Assembly (NCBI GenBank): GCA_965240325.2
Contig: OZ251225.1
Coordinates: 372,001 to 436,000 of the forward strand
Source of the DNA: Rebecca billardiae RCC1528
Taxonomy: Eukaryota; Protista; Haptophyta
Direction of reading: 5' to 3'
DNA length: 64,000 nt
A program made the translations under genes and the position numbers. Of this stretch, positions 21,867 through 33,697 are shown one piece after another; position 1 is the first letter of the stretch, and the number at the start of each line of letters is the position of its first letter. The notes beneath the pieces are model-generated. The model did no database searches. It saw only the letters and a list, made by a program, of their open reading frames with translations, and had not been told where the DNA came from.

Positions 21867-24751
21867 TCACACCATCGGCGGGCGGCCAGCTCGCTCGCCG
21901 CGCACAGCGCCTGGGCCGCGGCCACTTGCAAGCGTGCGCGCCCAGCCTGGCAGCTGCGGCGGCGCCGGCAGCCGCGCAAGCAGCTCGGGAGGCACCATGC
22001 CGGCGCGATGCGCGGCGTATGCGCCCGCGCCACCGACGAGCACAAGCACGAAGAGAGCGGCGGCGGCCGCGCCTGTGGCGGTGGCGTCATCGCCTTCTTC
22101 TGCGTCGCCGCCGCCGCTCTGAGCGTCGTCGCCGCTGCCGCGCTTGGCCGGCCCGGCGGCGGTGGCGCTCTCGCGTGCGGCCGCCAAGGCGACGTATGCG
22201 TCTCGCGCCGCCGCGTCCTCGCTCACCAGCACCGCCGCGCGCTGCGCCGCGTGCGCGCCGAGCAGCGGCATGTACCCCCCGCAGCAGTAGAGGCGGATCT
22301 CAAACTCGCCCGTGCGCGCGGGCGTTGTGATGCGCAGCTCGCGCTCCTCACGCCGGCCGGTCTCGTCGGCGCCGACGAGGGGAAGTGCGCCCACCTCGAC
22401 GACGCTCCCGTCCAGAGGCTGTTGCGCGCTCGCACCCGCGGGGTAAAGCGCAAGCCAGTTCGAGTGCGCGCGCAAGAACGGATCTTGCACCACCCGCACC
22501 GCCAATGGCGCGCCAGGGGGCAGCGCGCGCGCGCTCAGCTCGAGGGTTGCAGTGGAGGGCGCGTCCAAGATCCAGCCAGCCGCCTGCTCTGCCGCGGGCT
22601 GTGTGCGACGCGCATAGGTCAGCCAGTGTCCGCCCCGCTCCGCCAGCTCGCCCGCGCGCCTGCACTCCGTCCCATCCACGCCGCTGAACACCCGACACGG
22701 TCCCGCCTGCGTCCAAGAAACCACTGCGCCGTGCCGCTCGCCGAGTTGGAGACAGTCGTCCTCACGCGCCACCGGATGCTCCTCAGCCACGACCGTGCGG
22801 TCGCAGTGGCCCGCGCCGACGAGCCACCACCGCCGCCGCAGCTCTGACGGCGCCCAGATGGGCCGCCTGTTCTGCCACGCGCCGAGGGCGCCTGTCCCCA
22901 GGGCGGAGGCGTGCATCCGCTCGACTTGGCCCGGCGTGAAGCGGGCGCCGCAGAACGAGTAGCCTGCGCCGGGCGGCGGGCAGCGTGGCGGGGCGGTGCG
23001 AGGCATGCGCACGCGATGGTGGCGCGCGTGGGGCGCTGGCGCCGCGGTGCGCCGGCATGAACTGCGGAGACCATCGCCAACGCGGCGCCGGGCACGGCGG
23101 CAGGGCGCGCGACGCTCGGCGCGCTGCGGCGGCGGCGGCGGCGGCGGCGGCGCGGCGCGACGCACTCATGACGTTGTACACCGCGTCCACTCCCTCCTGC
23201 TCAGGGCACGAGTCGACGGGAGGCTCGCCGTGCTCTCCGCCTAAAAGCTCAGGCCCGGCCTCTTGGAGCTGCTGCATGAACTCGGCGTCAGACGGCCAGT
23301 GCTCATCGACGTACGCCTCCGCTGCCTCGCGCGGCCAGCCGTTGTCCATCAGCGTCTGCAGCTGGTTTGCGCGCACCTGCTCCTCCATGCGCAGGTACAG
23401 CAGCGTCATCTCGTACATGTACTCCGGGCACGTGTTGAAGCCGCCAGCAGGCTGAGCAGGCGCCTGCTGCATCGGCGGCGTGTCGTCCACGCCGTCGCCC
23501 TCGATGCCGCAGCCGCCCTCGAACGTGTGGTGGAGACAGAGCGCATGCCCAAACTCGTGCGCAGTCGACATCGACGCTAAGTGCGAATAGACGAGCGGTG
23601 GGATCGACGAGCGCTGCGCCGCCTCGATGATGTCGGCTGGCGGTGGGGGCGTGGCCAGCATCCGGGTGTTCATGTAGACAGAGCCGAAGAAGTTGGCGAA
23701 GCCGCCCGCACTCGCCTGCATGTCGCACACGAACATGTTGATCACGTTCGTTGGCGCGAGCCCTGGAGTGGCCAGGCGAGTCGCCGAGGTGAGCGGTGGC
23801 GGAGGGCGCGGCGACGGCAGCAGCGGTCGCGCCTCGCGAGTGAGTCAGCAGAGGCCGTCGGCCAGCGAGGTGGGTGGGGGGCGCGCGCGCGCGCGGCGGA
23901 GATGGAGCAGGCATGTGGACCACGCCCCATGGAGACGACGGGTGCGCGCGCGCACCGTATTTGCTCTCCCGCATGAAGATGCTCTCCGCCATGCCCGTGG
24001 CGCCGTGCTCGCAGACCGCGAGCGACGCGTCAGTCACAACGCGCATGTCGACCAGCTCGAGCCGGATGCCGGTCTCGGGGCGAGGGCTGTGCGCGCGCGG
24101 CGGTGAGCGCGAGCCCGGGTAGCCGGCGCGCCACTGCGCGCCGGCAAATATCTCATTGACGCTGGCGAACAGCGTGGTCATATTCTCCGCATTTGGCGCG
24201 CCAAACTGCGCCGGCACAGGTTCGAACAGCGTGACCACCACCGGCACAATCACCGCGACGGTCGGGTCGGCAACACCGGGAGTGCTGGCGGGGCCCGAGC
24301 GCGGCGCGTCCGCGGGCATCGACGCGCACGCATCCTCGAGCTGCTCACGCGTGAGCTGTATCTCCGCCAGAGCCGGCCTGCGCTCGCACCAGCGGCGGAA
24401 GTGGCCGTCAGCGTAGAACTCGTCCGCGCCGGCGAGGTGCTCGACCACCTCGGCAGACAGCTGGTGCGCATGCGTGTCGACGATCTGGCGAAGCGTGGAC
24501 CGACCAGCGAGGATGTCCATCGCAAGAGGAGCGTACACCTCGAGCTCCCTGTCGCTCAGCGCCGCCTCATCGAGGCTCACAGACGGGTTTGCCTGCTGGG
24601 CAGTCATTTCGAACTGCTTCTCGAGACCATGCGAGAAGGCTGCTGCTCCGCGTGGGCGAGGCAATGGGATGGCCGCCGGTCGACGTGAAGCGGCGACACC
24701 GCCGAGCAGTAGCGCGATGGCGCCATGCCACGATGCACTCGCGTACTTCAT
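21867..24751 (-). CDS. Type I membrane M43 (pappalysin/ulilysin-like) zinc metalloprotease; introns 23763-23955 and 22964-23165, possibly one more near 24080-24135
   Basis: Signal peptide MKYASASWHGAIALLLGG; HEFGHALCLHHTF; GDGVDDTP; spliced Met-turn NVMS|YSFCGARFTPGQVERM; C-terminal TM ALFVLVLVGGAGAYA. Confidence 0.87.
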
Positions 24752-25985
24752 CTGGCTGGCGGCTGGCGGGGTGTGCCTTCGTGCGGGAAAGTGGCCTGAG
24801 CAACCTGTCACCAACGACTAGCGATTAGCGGGGAATTTCGTCGTAAATTACTAAATGTGCATGTGACGAGGCTGCGCCTCGTGATCAAGATCGAAGCGGG
24901 CCAACGGGAGCGCTCCAACAAGGCCTGGGCCAAGACCCAACCTCCAATCATGCGCTGGACATCCTCTTGCGCTAGCCAGCCCAGCTCGGGCGCCGCGCTG
25001 CCGCCGCCACATGCCGGCACGCGCGACTGGCAGGACGGAGAAGTCGACGCCGACGATCACACCGCCGGTCCGGATGTCGTCGGCGCCGACGGCGTGCGAC
25101 AACCTCGCGGCACACCGTCAGAGGAGCGGCGGCGAGCGGTTGGGCCAGTTGGCGACGTCGAGATCCACCCGGCCAGGCCGGCAGCGGCGCGAACGACCTG
25201 GCAAGGTCAATATCGGTCCGGGCCGGAGCGCCGCGGAGCGGCACCTTGCGAGGTGCCAAATAGGCTAAATGGCGCGTTGCGGAATAAAAAATGGCTCGCG
25301 GGCACGTTGCCAGAAGCCCAGATGCCGAATACGGGAAATGGACCTCAGTGGCAGGTTCGCTTTCCCCCCTCGTACAAGCCACAAATTGACAAAATGTAGC
25401 TCAGTCAGCTAAAATGAGCTATAGCCTGTCCGGCCCCTCCGCTCGCTCTCAGTGTAGAGTCGGACAGCCTAGCTCAGCTACGATTCCGGTTGGCGCACGC
25501 TGGGGCGGCGCTCCCCGGACTCAGGTGAACTCCGCGCCGCCGCCGGTACTGCCTACTACCTCGCTCCCTACCGCCGCCAGGGCGAGTCGCCGCGCGATGT
25601 CCAGTAGAGCTTCCGATGGGACGCAGCGCCTGTCGCAGCGGGGCGGTAGCGAGGCGGTGAACTACTATAGCTTGCGCGTGGCGCAGCGCTTTGCCGTTTC
25701 GGCGTTTGCGCCCTCGGCACTCGTCGAAGGTGAAGGTCAGCAGCGGTCAGCTAACAAGCCTGCTAACAGCTTGATGAGTACTCTGATAGTGATTAGGCTC
25801 CGGACTCCGGAGTCCGGCGCTCGCGCGAGCTTGCGGCGCGATTGTTTGCGCCGCGGCCGAATTTCGGCGGCGGTAGTATTATTATTCCGTGAGTTCAACG
25901 CGAACGAGGCCACTGGCACTGCCCAGACCCCGAACCGGGTCCGCACGGCGTGCTCGGTGCTAGGAGTAGGACTTCGTGCGCCGAG

Positions 25986-27128
25986 TCATCGGAGTCGGCG
26001 CAGCGACTCGAGCCGAGCTAGCACGAGCTTCTCCTCGTGAGACCAGTGCTGAGCGCCCGGCGCACCGGGCACCCGTCCAGCAGTGCCCGATGTCGGCGTT
26101 CGGCTTCTCCTCGCTGCTGGCGGTACCGCCTCACGGATCGAGTCATCTGCCCACTGCGACTCCTGGCTTGGGCGGCGGCGGCCACCGCGACTGTGGCCAA
26201 TCCTCGGATTGGCCACCGTGACGGTCGACACGCCGTGAGCAGCCACAACAGAAGAAAGGGAGGCGCGTAGCCTGGGCGCCGCATGCGAGCTCGGGCTCGA
26301 TTCGTGAGCGCGCGTGTTGCCCGTGTCCGTCACGGCCGCAAGCGCGCGAGTGCAGGCCGCCAGCTCCTGCTGCTGAGAGGCGATGATGCGTTGCAGCTGG
26401 GCGAGTTCACCGCTTCGCGCCGGCGCTGCTGCTGTCCTCCGTGGCATGTTCACGGGCTCATGACCGTCGCCGAGCGCTTTGCGGGCTCCGCGACGCGAGG
26501 TCGGGCGGCGCGCGCCACCCCGAGCCGCCCGCGGAGATGCGGCCAGCAGCGGGCGTGATCTCGGTTCCGCCGACATAGGTCGTGGCGCCGTCGGCTCGCG
26601 CGGGAGCGGCGGCTCGCGGGAGCGGGCTGCGCTCTCGCGGACCACGGACTCGCCGACACCGACCACTCGGGGCGATCGCTCCATCGTCTCAGCCAGTGCA
26701 TGGGCTGCATCCACGATCTGGCGAGCGCGGCTTGACGTGCGGTCATCGCCCGCGTGCTCGACGTACGCCGCGAGCCGGGCGATCTCCAGTGCTTGCGCCC
26801 GTGCGCGCGCATGCTGCAGCTCAATATCACCAAGTGCATCGCCCACACGAAGCGCGAACGCCCTAGAACGACTCTCCTCCTTTTGCGACGTGCTGGTGGC
26901 ACGCTCGTTTGCCAGCTCGAGCTTGTCGACGGCATAGCTCAGCGCGTCGCGCTCGCGCTCCAGACTCTCGCAACGGTCGGCGAGTCGGCTCGCCTCCTGC
27001 GACTTGCGTCTGAGCGCATCCCGGTACTCCACTAGCTTCTGAGCTGTGGCGAGGATACCTTGAGTATCGTCGTCGTCGTCATCGTCGTCGTCCGAGGAGC
27101 TCGTGCTGCCGCTGCCGAACGCCGCCAT
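25986..27128 (-). CDS. Coiled-coil protein of unknown function
   Basis: ATG 27128 (MAAFGSG), poly-Asp tract, heptad-rich segments. The ORF-track extension to 27221 lies inside the hAT element. Confidence 0.7.
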   Translation of the reverse strand: MAAFGSGSTSSSDDDDDDDDDTQGILATAQKLVEYRDALRRKSQEASRLADRCESLERERDALSYAVDKLELANERATSTSQKEESRSRAFALRVGDALGDIELQHARARAQALEIARLAAYVEHAGDDRTSSRARQIVDAAHALAETMERSPRVVGVGESVVRESAARSREPPLPREPTAPRPMSAEPRSRPLLAASPRAARGGARRPTSRRGARKALGDGHEPVNMPRRTAAAPARSGELAQLQRIIASQQQELAACTRALAAVTDTGNTRAHESSPSSHAAPRLRASLSSVVAAHGVSTVTVANPRIGHSRGGRRRPSQESQWADDSIREAVPPAARRSRTPTSGTAGRVPGAPGAQHWSHEEKLVLARLESLRRLR

Positions 27129-27533
27129 GCAAGCCGTTTTCAAATCTGAAAATAATCTCAATCTCCAGACTTGGGAGTGAGTGCACGGTGCACTCACTCG
27201 GAGTGAGTGCACTCGGTGCACTCACTCCCGGACTCGCACGCACTCACTCGTCGGCGGCCCCCCGCCATCCGGACTCTGCACGCACTCACTTGGTGGCTAC
27301 CACCCTGTCGCACGCACTCACTCCATGAGGAGTGAGTGCGGCGCCGCCCCGCGCCGCGGGCCGCGCCGCCGGCGCCGCGCGGCGCCGGCGCCGGCACGGG
27401 GCCGGCGCGGGCCCGGCGCACGGGGTCGGCGCGGCGGCGCGCGTTCTGCCGCATTAGACCCTCCGGAGCTAAGCCGCGCTGCGCGCGGCAATGAGTCAGA
27501 TGGCCCTATCTACACTGCTACTGCGCTATACTC

Positions 27534-27840
27534 TCACTCTCTGTGACTGTCGCTGTCATCCAAGTTGTCACCACCATCCTCCTCCTCGTCCGCCGCTGCC
27601 GGCATATAGCCAGCCTCACCTCGCTCGATGCGGCACTCGAGCTCGGCCTCGATTCGCTTCCTCTTCGCAGGAGTGAGCGCGGCGATGTCCTTGCAGTCGC
27701 CCTTGGCCTTGGTCAGCAGCGCATCCTCGTTGAGGCGCACGACTGACAGGGCGCGCCCCATGGCCGGGCTCAGGAGCGGGCCACGCTTCGCATTCTGCAC
27801 TGCATTGGCACAAGGCGGCCAAAGAGGCGCTCGGGCTGTC
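27534..27840 (-). pseudogene. hAT transposase C-terminal (dimerisation domain) remnant
   Basis: ERLFGRL-(frameshift)-AVQNAKRGPLLSPAMGRALSVVRLNED followed by an acidic tail; fits the hAT ERxFS...R..L...N pattern and lies within the TIRs. Confidence 0.75.
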
Positions 27841-27971
27841 AGATGAGAAACAGGACAAGCTGGACGACGACTGAATGATCTCGGAATAACTTAAGACTTA
27901 GTAGCCAGGCTATTTAATTTAATTGCGTCACGGCGGCCGGTGATCCGATTGAATTGTTATTATTAAATATT

Positions 27972-29964
27972 ATGGCCCGCGGTGCAGGGCGGAGCGCGTA
28001 GCGTGGAGCCCCGCCGGGGGCCCTCACTACGTTGTCAAAAAGATCTTTTGATCAAAGAAAAGGGGATGGGGGACGATTTTGAGGGCTGTTGGAGGGTGAG
28101 TTTTCGACTTTTTGAGGGGGGTATGCTGTCCATCACAGCTTAAAAGGCCGCGCCCGCTGCAATTCTTGTATCTACTATGGACGGACGTGGGATCAGATAC
28201 CCCGGGGGTGAAACAAGTGAGTATTCCTATCCCTCTTGTATGCTGAAGTACGAGTTTGCCGAGCGACGTTTGATTGTTTTGGGTCGAAAACAGCTATGAG
28301 GCCAGATTCGTTTGAATAGTGCTTGTTCAAATACGTTACCCGTCTGTCTCGATGGATGAACCGCCTCGTCATATTAAAAGAGATTCTTTTCAATAGCGCT
28401 TGTCCAACCAAGTTACCCGCCTGCCTCGATGGATGAACCTCCTCATAATATTGAAAGAGATTCTTTTGAATAGCGCTATTTAAATAAGCCAGTTACCCGC
28501 TTGCCTCGATGGATGAACCTCGTCCTGTACTCCTGTGCCATAAGCCCATAATGAAAGAGAGGCGCTTGTGAAAACAGGTTACCCGCCCGCCAGCGTTTAT
28601 TGCGGGAGGCGCGACACGCCCGAGGCAGCGGGCGAGGATGCCGTGCAAAGGCGACAGTCCGTCCGCGCCCGCGCGCAGGGTGGGAGGGGCTGATGCAGGA
28701 GCAGATGCAGGACTACCTCGAAATTGCACGCGACGAGGAGGTGCCCAGCGCGCACTTTACGCTGCGCGCATCATCGAGTGGTCGCCCAGCGAGCGCGGGC
28801 AGCCGCACCGCCGCCGGCTGACGGCGGGCGCAGCAGCGCAGCTGCCAGCTGCGGACGCGCAGCGGGCGCGGAGTGGAGGCCGGCGCGGCGGCCGGGCAGC
28901 GGCGGCCGGCGCGGCAGCACGCTCGTATACATCGCGGCAGCTACCGCCGTCGTGCGGGGAAAGCACACGCTCTCCGCGGCTTCCAAGATGCCGACGGGCC
29001 ACGGCGTGCAGGCTGCGTGCGCGCTGCAGTGGCTGTGTCGAGCTGCCTGCGGCGTGTGCTCGAGGCGCGGCGCTCGCACGGGCTACGCGGGCGCAGCGGG
29101 TGCGCGCAGCTGGCGCACGCAGTGCCACGTCCTGCGGCGCCAGTTTGGCGGCCGTCCGCCCCCCCGAGCTCGAGTTCTGCGCGTTTTGCGACGGCGCGGC
29201 CGGCCGCGCCCATCTGCCTGCTTGCTTGGGCACGCCAGCATGGCCGCCGCCGGGCCTGCTACGCGCGCCGAAGCTGGAGGGCGGAGGAGGGCGCTGGGCT
29301 GCTCCTACGGCGTGCTGCAGCCCGGGCAGGCTCTACCGCGGCGCGGCGAGGCCGTCGCGCCTGCTCGCCGCCGTCGAGTCGCCCGTGCTGCGTGACCCTC
29401 GGCCGCACGTGCTCGGCGGCACCGCAGCAGGCGTCCCATACCACGGTATGCTCGAGCCGCTGTGCGCACCCAAGGCGCGAGCTGCTCGAGCGGGCCAGGT
29501 GGGCCCAGGGGGTGCGCGCAGCTGGCACACGCAGCCCCGCGTCATGGGGTGTCGGTTTGACGGTCGCCAGCCCCTGTGGGCTCGAGCGCTGTGCGCTTCA
29601 CCACGGAGGTGCCGGCAGCGCCCCGCGGCGCGCAACGGCGGGGCAGCATGGCCGCCGCCGGCGCCGCCGCACATGCCGCCACTTACGGGCAGTCGAGAGC
29701 TTGGGGCAGCACCTACGGCGCATGCTGCAGCTCGGGCGGGCTCTGCCAGCCTGCTGTGGCGTGATCGCGCATTTTCCAGACCGTCGACTCGCCCGCGCTG
29801 CATAATATTCCATTATTATTCGTTTGCCGCGCGTGCTCGACGGCGCTCCGCGCTGCTGCTGCCGCTACAGGCCGCGCGTTGGACGGACAGCATATGCCGA
29901 CGGAGGGTGCACCGCGGGCCCCTAACTACGTTGGTTCTATGGAAGGACCGCGGAACGCGGTCAT
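27972..29964 (+). mobile_element. Helentron/Helitron2-like non-autonomous element, copy A
   Basis: 5' GGCCCGCGGTGCA (27974-27986) pairs with subterminal TGCACCGCGGGCC (29908-29920), followed by hairpin GACCGCG-GAA-CGCGGTC (29946-29962); no TSD; ends shared with copies B and C. Confidence 0.78.
28335..28596 (+). repeat. Internal tandem repeat of the Helentron-like element (unit about 77-86 bp; core GTTACCCGCCTGCCTCGATGGATGAACC)
   Basis: Core at 28335, 28412 and 28492, partial at 28578; equivalent array at about 37881-38116. Confidence 0.85.
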
Positions 29965-30317
29965 TGAATAGTTATAATATAATGCGGTGCACTCGAGTGC
30001 ACGCACTCACTGGCCGGCGGAGCCGGCCCCGCACGCACTCACTCGTTCCTGCGGAGTCCTGGCGCCGCGCCAGCCGGACTCTGCACGGCACCCACGCATG
30101 CCGGCCCTGGCACAGGCACGCACTCACTCGAAACCTGCACTCACTCTCAAGTCTGTCAATCTCACGTCCCGGTCCGGTTGCGCTCCCCGGATCGGAGATC
30201 TCCCCCTCCCCGATCTCGACTCGTCATCATATATCCGATTTTTTGTCGTGCGATTGTCATTGAGCAACGCCGCGTCCACGATGCTCACTGCTTGGCAGCT
30301 GCCAATTCACAATGACA

Positions 30318-31670
30318 TCAGGACGGCTGCGCGGCATCAGCCGCTGGCGAGCCGGCAACGTGCGGGCGCGCGACCGACGGGAGCATCGGGCCGTGCTGCG
30401 CGATCGCCGCGGCGCCCCTCTCTCCGCCGACCTCCGAGCGCAGGAGCACGATCAGTTGAGGGAACTCGACGATGCTCTGCTCCGCCAGGCTGTCGCCCAG
30501 CGTGCAACCGAGCAGGAGTGGGCGAAGGCCGCGGTTGGTGGCGTCGGTGCCCTCGCAGCGCAGCAGGACGAGCGGTGCATCGTCGGCGCCGGCGTTCCCG
30601 CCCGATGGCGTCGGACACGCCGACGGATCCGTTGGCTCGTCACCGCCCGGGCCGCGCGGCTGCGGAGCGTACCGCGCCAGCCTGTGCCTGTGGACGGCGG
30701 CTGAGATGGTCGGCACCGGCAGGGCCGCCGCGCTCGCCTCTGCAGCGCAGCGCGCATCGGTGGCGGCGACGGCGGAGGCGCCGCCGCAGTCGAGTGTCGC
30801 GCCGCGCGCGCCACCGCTCACGATGAGCGCCAGGAGCGCGTCGATCCGAGTGCGCTCGCTGATCCGATGGCAGGTGAACTCGTAGCCCGCACGCACTTCT
30901 GCGCTGCCGCCTGCGGCCCCCCCGGCCGCGGCCGCAGGCAGATCGCCGGTTGCGCACGGGAATGTCACGTGCACGGTCCAGAAGAGCTCGCCGCCTCGAT
31001 GCGCCGCCGGGGCCCCACGCGCGCCCGTGGGCGCGTCGCCTGCTGGCGCGCCCTCCGCCCCAGCGCGCCGAGCGGCGCGCACGAACGCGCTCTGGTTGAG
31101 CGCTGCGCGGCTCATCCCTTCGCTCATCAGCCGGAGGCGCACGCGCCGCTCGGCAGAGGTAGCGGCACGCAGCAGCTCGCGGCGGGCGGGCGGGGGCGCT
31201 ACCACGGGCTCGGGGGTCGATGCATCCGGCGGAGCGCCGCGGCCACGACCACGCCCGCGGCCGCGCCCGCCGCGACGCTGGCCGCGCCCGCCGCGACCAA
31301 CAGGGCCACCGCCGACCGGCAGCCGCTGCGCAGAGCCCACGGCGCGGTCGGCACCCTCGAGGAAGCGTAAGTCGCGCAGCAGCGTTGTGTCGCCCATCTG
31401 GCCCAGGGACGCGTAGGCGGCTGCGGCGCGCGCGGAGAGTGGTGGGGGGCGGGCGGGCGCGTGCGCGCGCGTGAGCAAACAAGCACGCGGCCTGCCGAAT
31501 GGGCAGCACGCGAGCGCACCTGGGTCTCGCCGACCATTGCAGCCCGTGCGCTGCTTGTGAGCACGGACGCAAGCCGCCGAGCACGTGCGCAGCGAGCACC
31601 CTGGACACCTGTACCGCGCGGCGCTCTCGCCGCATTCCATGCAGGCCGGCGCGCTGTCGGGAGCAGCCAT
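30318..31670 (-). CDS. BCD1: Box C/D snoRNA protein 1 (zf-HIT); in-frame intron 31421-31519
   Basis: CMECGESAARYRCPGCSLRTCSAACVRAHKQRTGCNGRRD...LLRDLRFLE, LMSEGMSRAALNQS, LFWTV and IVEFP match the ZNHIT6/BCD1 pattern. Confidence 0.88.
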   Translation of the reverse strand: MAAPDSAPACMECGESAARYRCPGCSLRTCSAACVRAHKQRTGCNGRRDPGALACCPFGRPRACLLTRAHAPARPPPLSARAAAAYASLGQMGDTTLLRDLRFLEGADRAVGSAQRLPVGGGPVGRGGRGQRRGGRGRGRGRGRGAPPDASTPEPVVAPPPARRELLRAATSAERRVRLRLMSEGMSRAALNQSAFVRAARRAGAEGAPAGDAPTGARGAPAAHRGGELFWTVHVTFPCATGDLPAAAAGGAAGGSAEVRAGYEFTCHRISERTRIDALLALIVSGGARGATLDCGGASAVAATDARCAAEASAAALPVPTISAAVHRHRLARYAPQPRGPGGDEPTDPSACPTPSGGNAGADDAPLVLLRCEGTDATNRGLRPLLLGCTLGDSLAEQSIVEFPQLIVLLRSEVGGERGAAAIAQHGPMLPSVARPHVAGSPAADAAQPS

Positions 31671-31791
31671 CGTTCCGACCACGGGGACGACTCTCAGAGT
31701 GGTCCGGTTGATGCAAGGGGAGTCAGGGTACAGCACAGGTGCATCTAATCCCGTAACGGTCGAGCACCCCTCGCTAGGCGAGGTGCGGCGG

Positions 31792-32542
31792 AAGGACAGT
31801 GGCAACCCGGGGACTTTGTCCCCGCGCCCCTATCGCGGGCTCTGGCGCGCGAACGCTTTATCACTACTGGCCCCCGAGCCGGAGATTGGCGCTCCGTGCA
31901 CCAACAAAGACATCCCCAGCCGCATGTTGCCACTCGACACCTCGTCTCGCCTCGCGCGGAGCCAACTTGTGGTGTGCGGGAGCCACCCGTAGCACACTGG
32001 GCCGTGTAGCGACGCGCGTGGCGGGTCAACATCAGTGCATCGCGAAGGCGTCGCACGCGCAATCCGTTGAGTACATACTCATGTCTGTCCCATGGCATGT
32101 CGTGCCCCGCCGTGTGCGCGATGCACTCCCGACTCGCGACGCGCCGCGTGCAGCACAGCCTGTGCTTCGGGTAGCTCCCGCACACCACAAGTTGGCTCCG
32201 CGCGAAGCGAGACGAGGTGTCGACAGGCGGTGCATGACGTGCCATGGGACAGACATGAGTATGTACTCAACGGATTGCGCGTGCGACGCCTTCGCGATGC
32301 ACTGTTGACCCGCCACGCGCGTCGCTACACGGCCCAGTGTGCTACGGGTGGCTCCCGCACACCACAAGTTGGCTCCGCGCGAGGCGAGACGAGGTGTCGA
32401 GTGGCAACATGCGGCTGGGGATGTCTTTGTTGGTGCACGGAGCGCCAACTTCCGGCTCGGAATCCAGTAGTGACAAAGCGTTCGCGCGCCAGAGCCCGCG
32501 ATAGGGGCGCGGGGACAAAGTCCCCGGGTTGCCACTGTCCTT
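31792..32542. repeat. Inverted repeat 1 (arms about 312 bp: 31792-32105 and 32232-32542)
   Basis: Arms are near-perfect reverse complements; the spacer holds a third copy of a 55-bp arm segment (32169-32223). Confidence 0.93.
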
Positions 32543-32600
32543 TCTGTTGGCGGTGTCGCAGAGCGACCCGCCGGCCGTTACAGGGCCATTAGAAGGCGGT

Positions 32601-33697
32601 GGGTACAGCACGTCCAGTTGTGCTGCAGCTGGAGCTTGGGTCCAAAAGCTTCCCGCGGCGCACCGGCACTCGCCGCCGCCGCCGCCGTGGAGGGGCGGTT
32701 GTGGCGCGCACGGCGTGAGCCGCTGCGGGCGCTGAGGTGCGCGCGACGGCGGCGCGCCCGGCGGTGCTGCTGTAGGAGGCCACTGCCCTCCTCTCTGCCC
32801 CGCGCGCTTCGCTCGTCGTCGCCGTCGCCGCGCCTGCGACCAGCGCGCACGCGAGCGCCGCACCGCCCGGCAGCCGGGGCAATCTCAGCCGTGACTGCGC
32901 ATGTGCGTCGCGACCTGGTCGGCCCAGCGCGCGAGGCGCGTGCGGGCGAGGCAGGGCCAGTGTGGCTGCGCGCCATGCCGCCTCAAGTAAGCCCATCTGA
33001 GCGTACAACAGGGAACTGAGCACGTGTGTCTGGTTGGCCGCTTGGACTGTGTTGAGTGTTCAAGCAATGCACGGGCCATCGTCGAGGCGATCTCGAGGCA
33101 CTCAGTCAAAACGTCAGTTCAGCGCGCAGACGACCTGGGCGAGAGTCACTGACGATACATAACTCGCATGATCACAAAAGGCTCTGCAACTATCGCGTCT
33201 GTACGCCTACTGTCTCGATCGTGCACACTGACGTCTGCGCTTGGGTGCCGCATTGTTTGTCAACGTTGTCGACAGAGGTGCAAGGCCCGCGACATGCCCA
33301 CTGGCGCAAGGTCGAGGCGGCATGGCGCGCGGCCACACTGGCCCTGCCTCGCCCGCACGCGCCTCGCGCGCTGGGCCGACCAGGTCGCGACGCACATGCG
33401 CAGTCACGGCTGAGATTGCCCCGGCTGCCGGGCGGTGCGGCGCTCGCGTGCGCGCTGGTCGCAGGCGCGGCGACGGCGACGACGAGCGAAGCGCGCGGGG
33501 CAGAGAGGAGGGCAGTGGCCTCCTACAGCAGCGCCGCCGGGCGCGCCGCCGTCGCGCGCACCTCAGCGCCCGCAGCGGCTCACGCCGTGCGCGCCACAAC
33601 CGCCCCTCCACGGCGGCGGCGGCGGCGAGTGCCGGTGCGCCGCGGGAAGCTTTTGGACCCAAGCTCCAGCTGCAGCCCAACTGGACGTGCTGTACCC
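32601..33697. repeat. Inverted repeat 2 (384-bp arms: 32601-32984 and 33314-33697)
   Basis: Arms are reverse complements with only about 3 mismatches seen; the right arm runs into the element's right TIR. Confidence 0.93.

Larger units (their letters stand above)
27166..30155 (-). mobile_element. Non-autonomous (internally deleted) hAT DNA transposon containing a nested Helentron-like insertion
   Basis: 20-bp TIR CAGACTTG(G/A)GAGTGAGTGCA; perfect 8-bp TSD TCAATCTC (27158-27165 and 30156-30163); GCACGCACTCACT subterminal repeats at both ends; transposase remnant inside. Confidence 0.93.

Noticed and set aside
24850-25980. Possible small genes or a mobile element between the protease and coiled-coil genes
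   Set aside because: No motif, TIR/TSD or second copy could be identified; left unannotated.
27166-27340. GCACTCACT motif arrays as a novel repeat or telomere-like system
   Set aside because: Explained as subterminal repeats of the hAT element, mirrored at ~29987-30150.
28193-28411. Duplicated small ORF (also 37682-37957)
   Set aside because: The duplication only reflects the shared 5' module of the element; non-ATG start and no coding signature.
28335-28596. CRISPR-like array: 27-nt GTT...GAAC repeats at regular spacing (also ~37881-38116)
   Set aside because: The intervening segments are homologous to each other (…AAAGAGATTCTTTT.AATAGCGCT…), no cas genes are present, and the array sits inside a repeated mobile element. 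It is a tandem repeat.
28638-30263. 541-aa ORF
   Set aside because: It crosses the Helentron and hAT boundaries and has no recognisable motifs; a chance stop-free frame.
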